64,000 nucleotides of DNA from Phoronis australis (lineage: Eukaryota > Animalia > Phoronida). The stretch spans positions 999,248 to 1,063,247 of the forward strand of contig NMRA01000024.1 in assembly GCA_002633005.1 (NCBI GenBank). Reading direction: 5' to 3'. The translations under genes and the position numbers were made by a program. Positions 63,500 through 64,000 of this stretch are shown piece after piece. Position 1 is the first letter of the stretch. Each line of letters opens with the position of its first letter. The notes under the pieces were generated by a model. The model was given only the letters and a program-made list of their open reading frames with translations. It was not told where the DNA came from and ran no database searches.

Positions 63500-63990
63500 A
63501 GAAAAAATAAAAGATGATGACAAAGATGACGAATATGACGACGATGGTGAAAAAAAGAAGTATTAATAACATACACATGGCGAACGTAGAGGTCCGAAAT
63601 CAGTAAGAAAAAGGCTACAGTCTTGTGCGACACTTGGCGAAAATAACGGAAAAAACAAAGACGGAGATGATGACGAAGATGACGAAGATGATGACGAATA
63701 TGATGATGGTGGTGGCGATGATGAACAACATCACAACATTCATATGACGAACTTAGATGTCATAAATCAATAAGAAATAGGCTACAGTCTAGTTCAAAAG
63801 AGGATATACCAACATCAATGCAGCAAGAGCGCTCAACAAAGGAACAGCGTTATCAGAAAATCTCAAATAACTCGAAAAGTAGACGTCCTAGCGAAAAATG
63901 GAAAACATCTTCTGAAAGCCCGTTCAAAATTCTATCTAAACAGATGGTATCGCCTAATTCCGTAAATTTTTCGAAAAAAATGAAATTTTG
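63500..63990 (+). repeat. Dispersed repeat with (GAT/GAC)n tracts and an internal duplication
   Basis: Homologous to 38890-39340 on the minus strand. gatgacgaatatga..gatggtg and aatca.taagaaa.aggctacagtct each occur twice. Confidence 0.8.
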
Positions 63991-64000
63991 CTTATTTTTT

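Noticed and set aside
63363-63566. Acidic 67-aa ORF
   Set aside because: The Asp run comes from a (GAT/GAC)n tract in a dispersed repeat.

Overview
AT-rich, intron-rich animal DNA, most likely an invertebrate; it is not prokaryotic. Two complete spliced genes lie on the + strand. The first is a 9-coding-exon organic anion transporter of the SLCO4/OATP4 type (6186-20150, 687 aa). The second is a 3-coding-exon mitochondrial PP2C phosphatase, PPM1K (31040-35192, 359 aa). All junctions are GT-AG and the exon phases join in frame. A CCAAT/CRE/TATA promoter with short spliced leader exons at about 43.0 kb points into roughly 21 kb with no recognisable CDS, probably the 5' introns of a gene ending outside the window. 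The rest is mostly mobile DNA: a young TTAA-flanked Kolobok-type element with a THAP ORF in PPM1K intron 2, a decayed 2.8-kb hAT element, many MITEs, Helentron/HINE-like elements and minisatellites. The most unusual structures are (i) two adjacent hairpins sharing one asymmetric 16-nt spacer (15542-15685), (ii) a HINE-like element carrying about 10 co-oriented CTCF-type motifs at roughly 140-160-bp spacing plus a captured RNase H fragment (49985-51988), (iii) a palindrome-bounded G-rich 335-bp element (24453-24787), and (iv) a decayed tandem copy of an SLCO exon end. All family assignments are by eye from motifs; no database search was possible.
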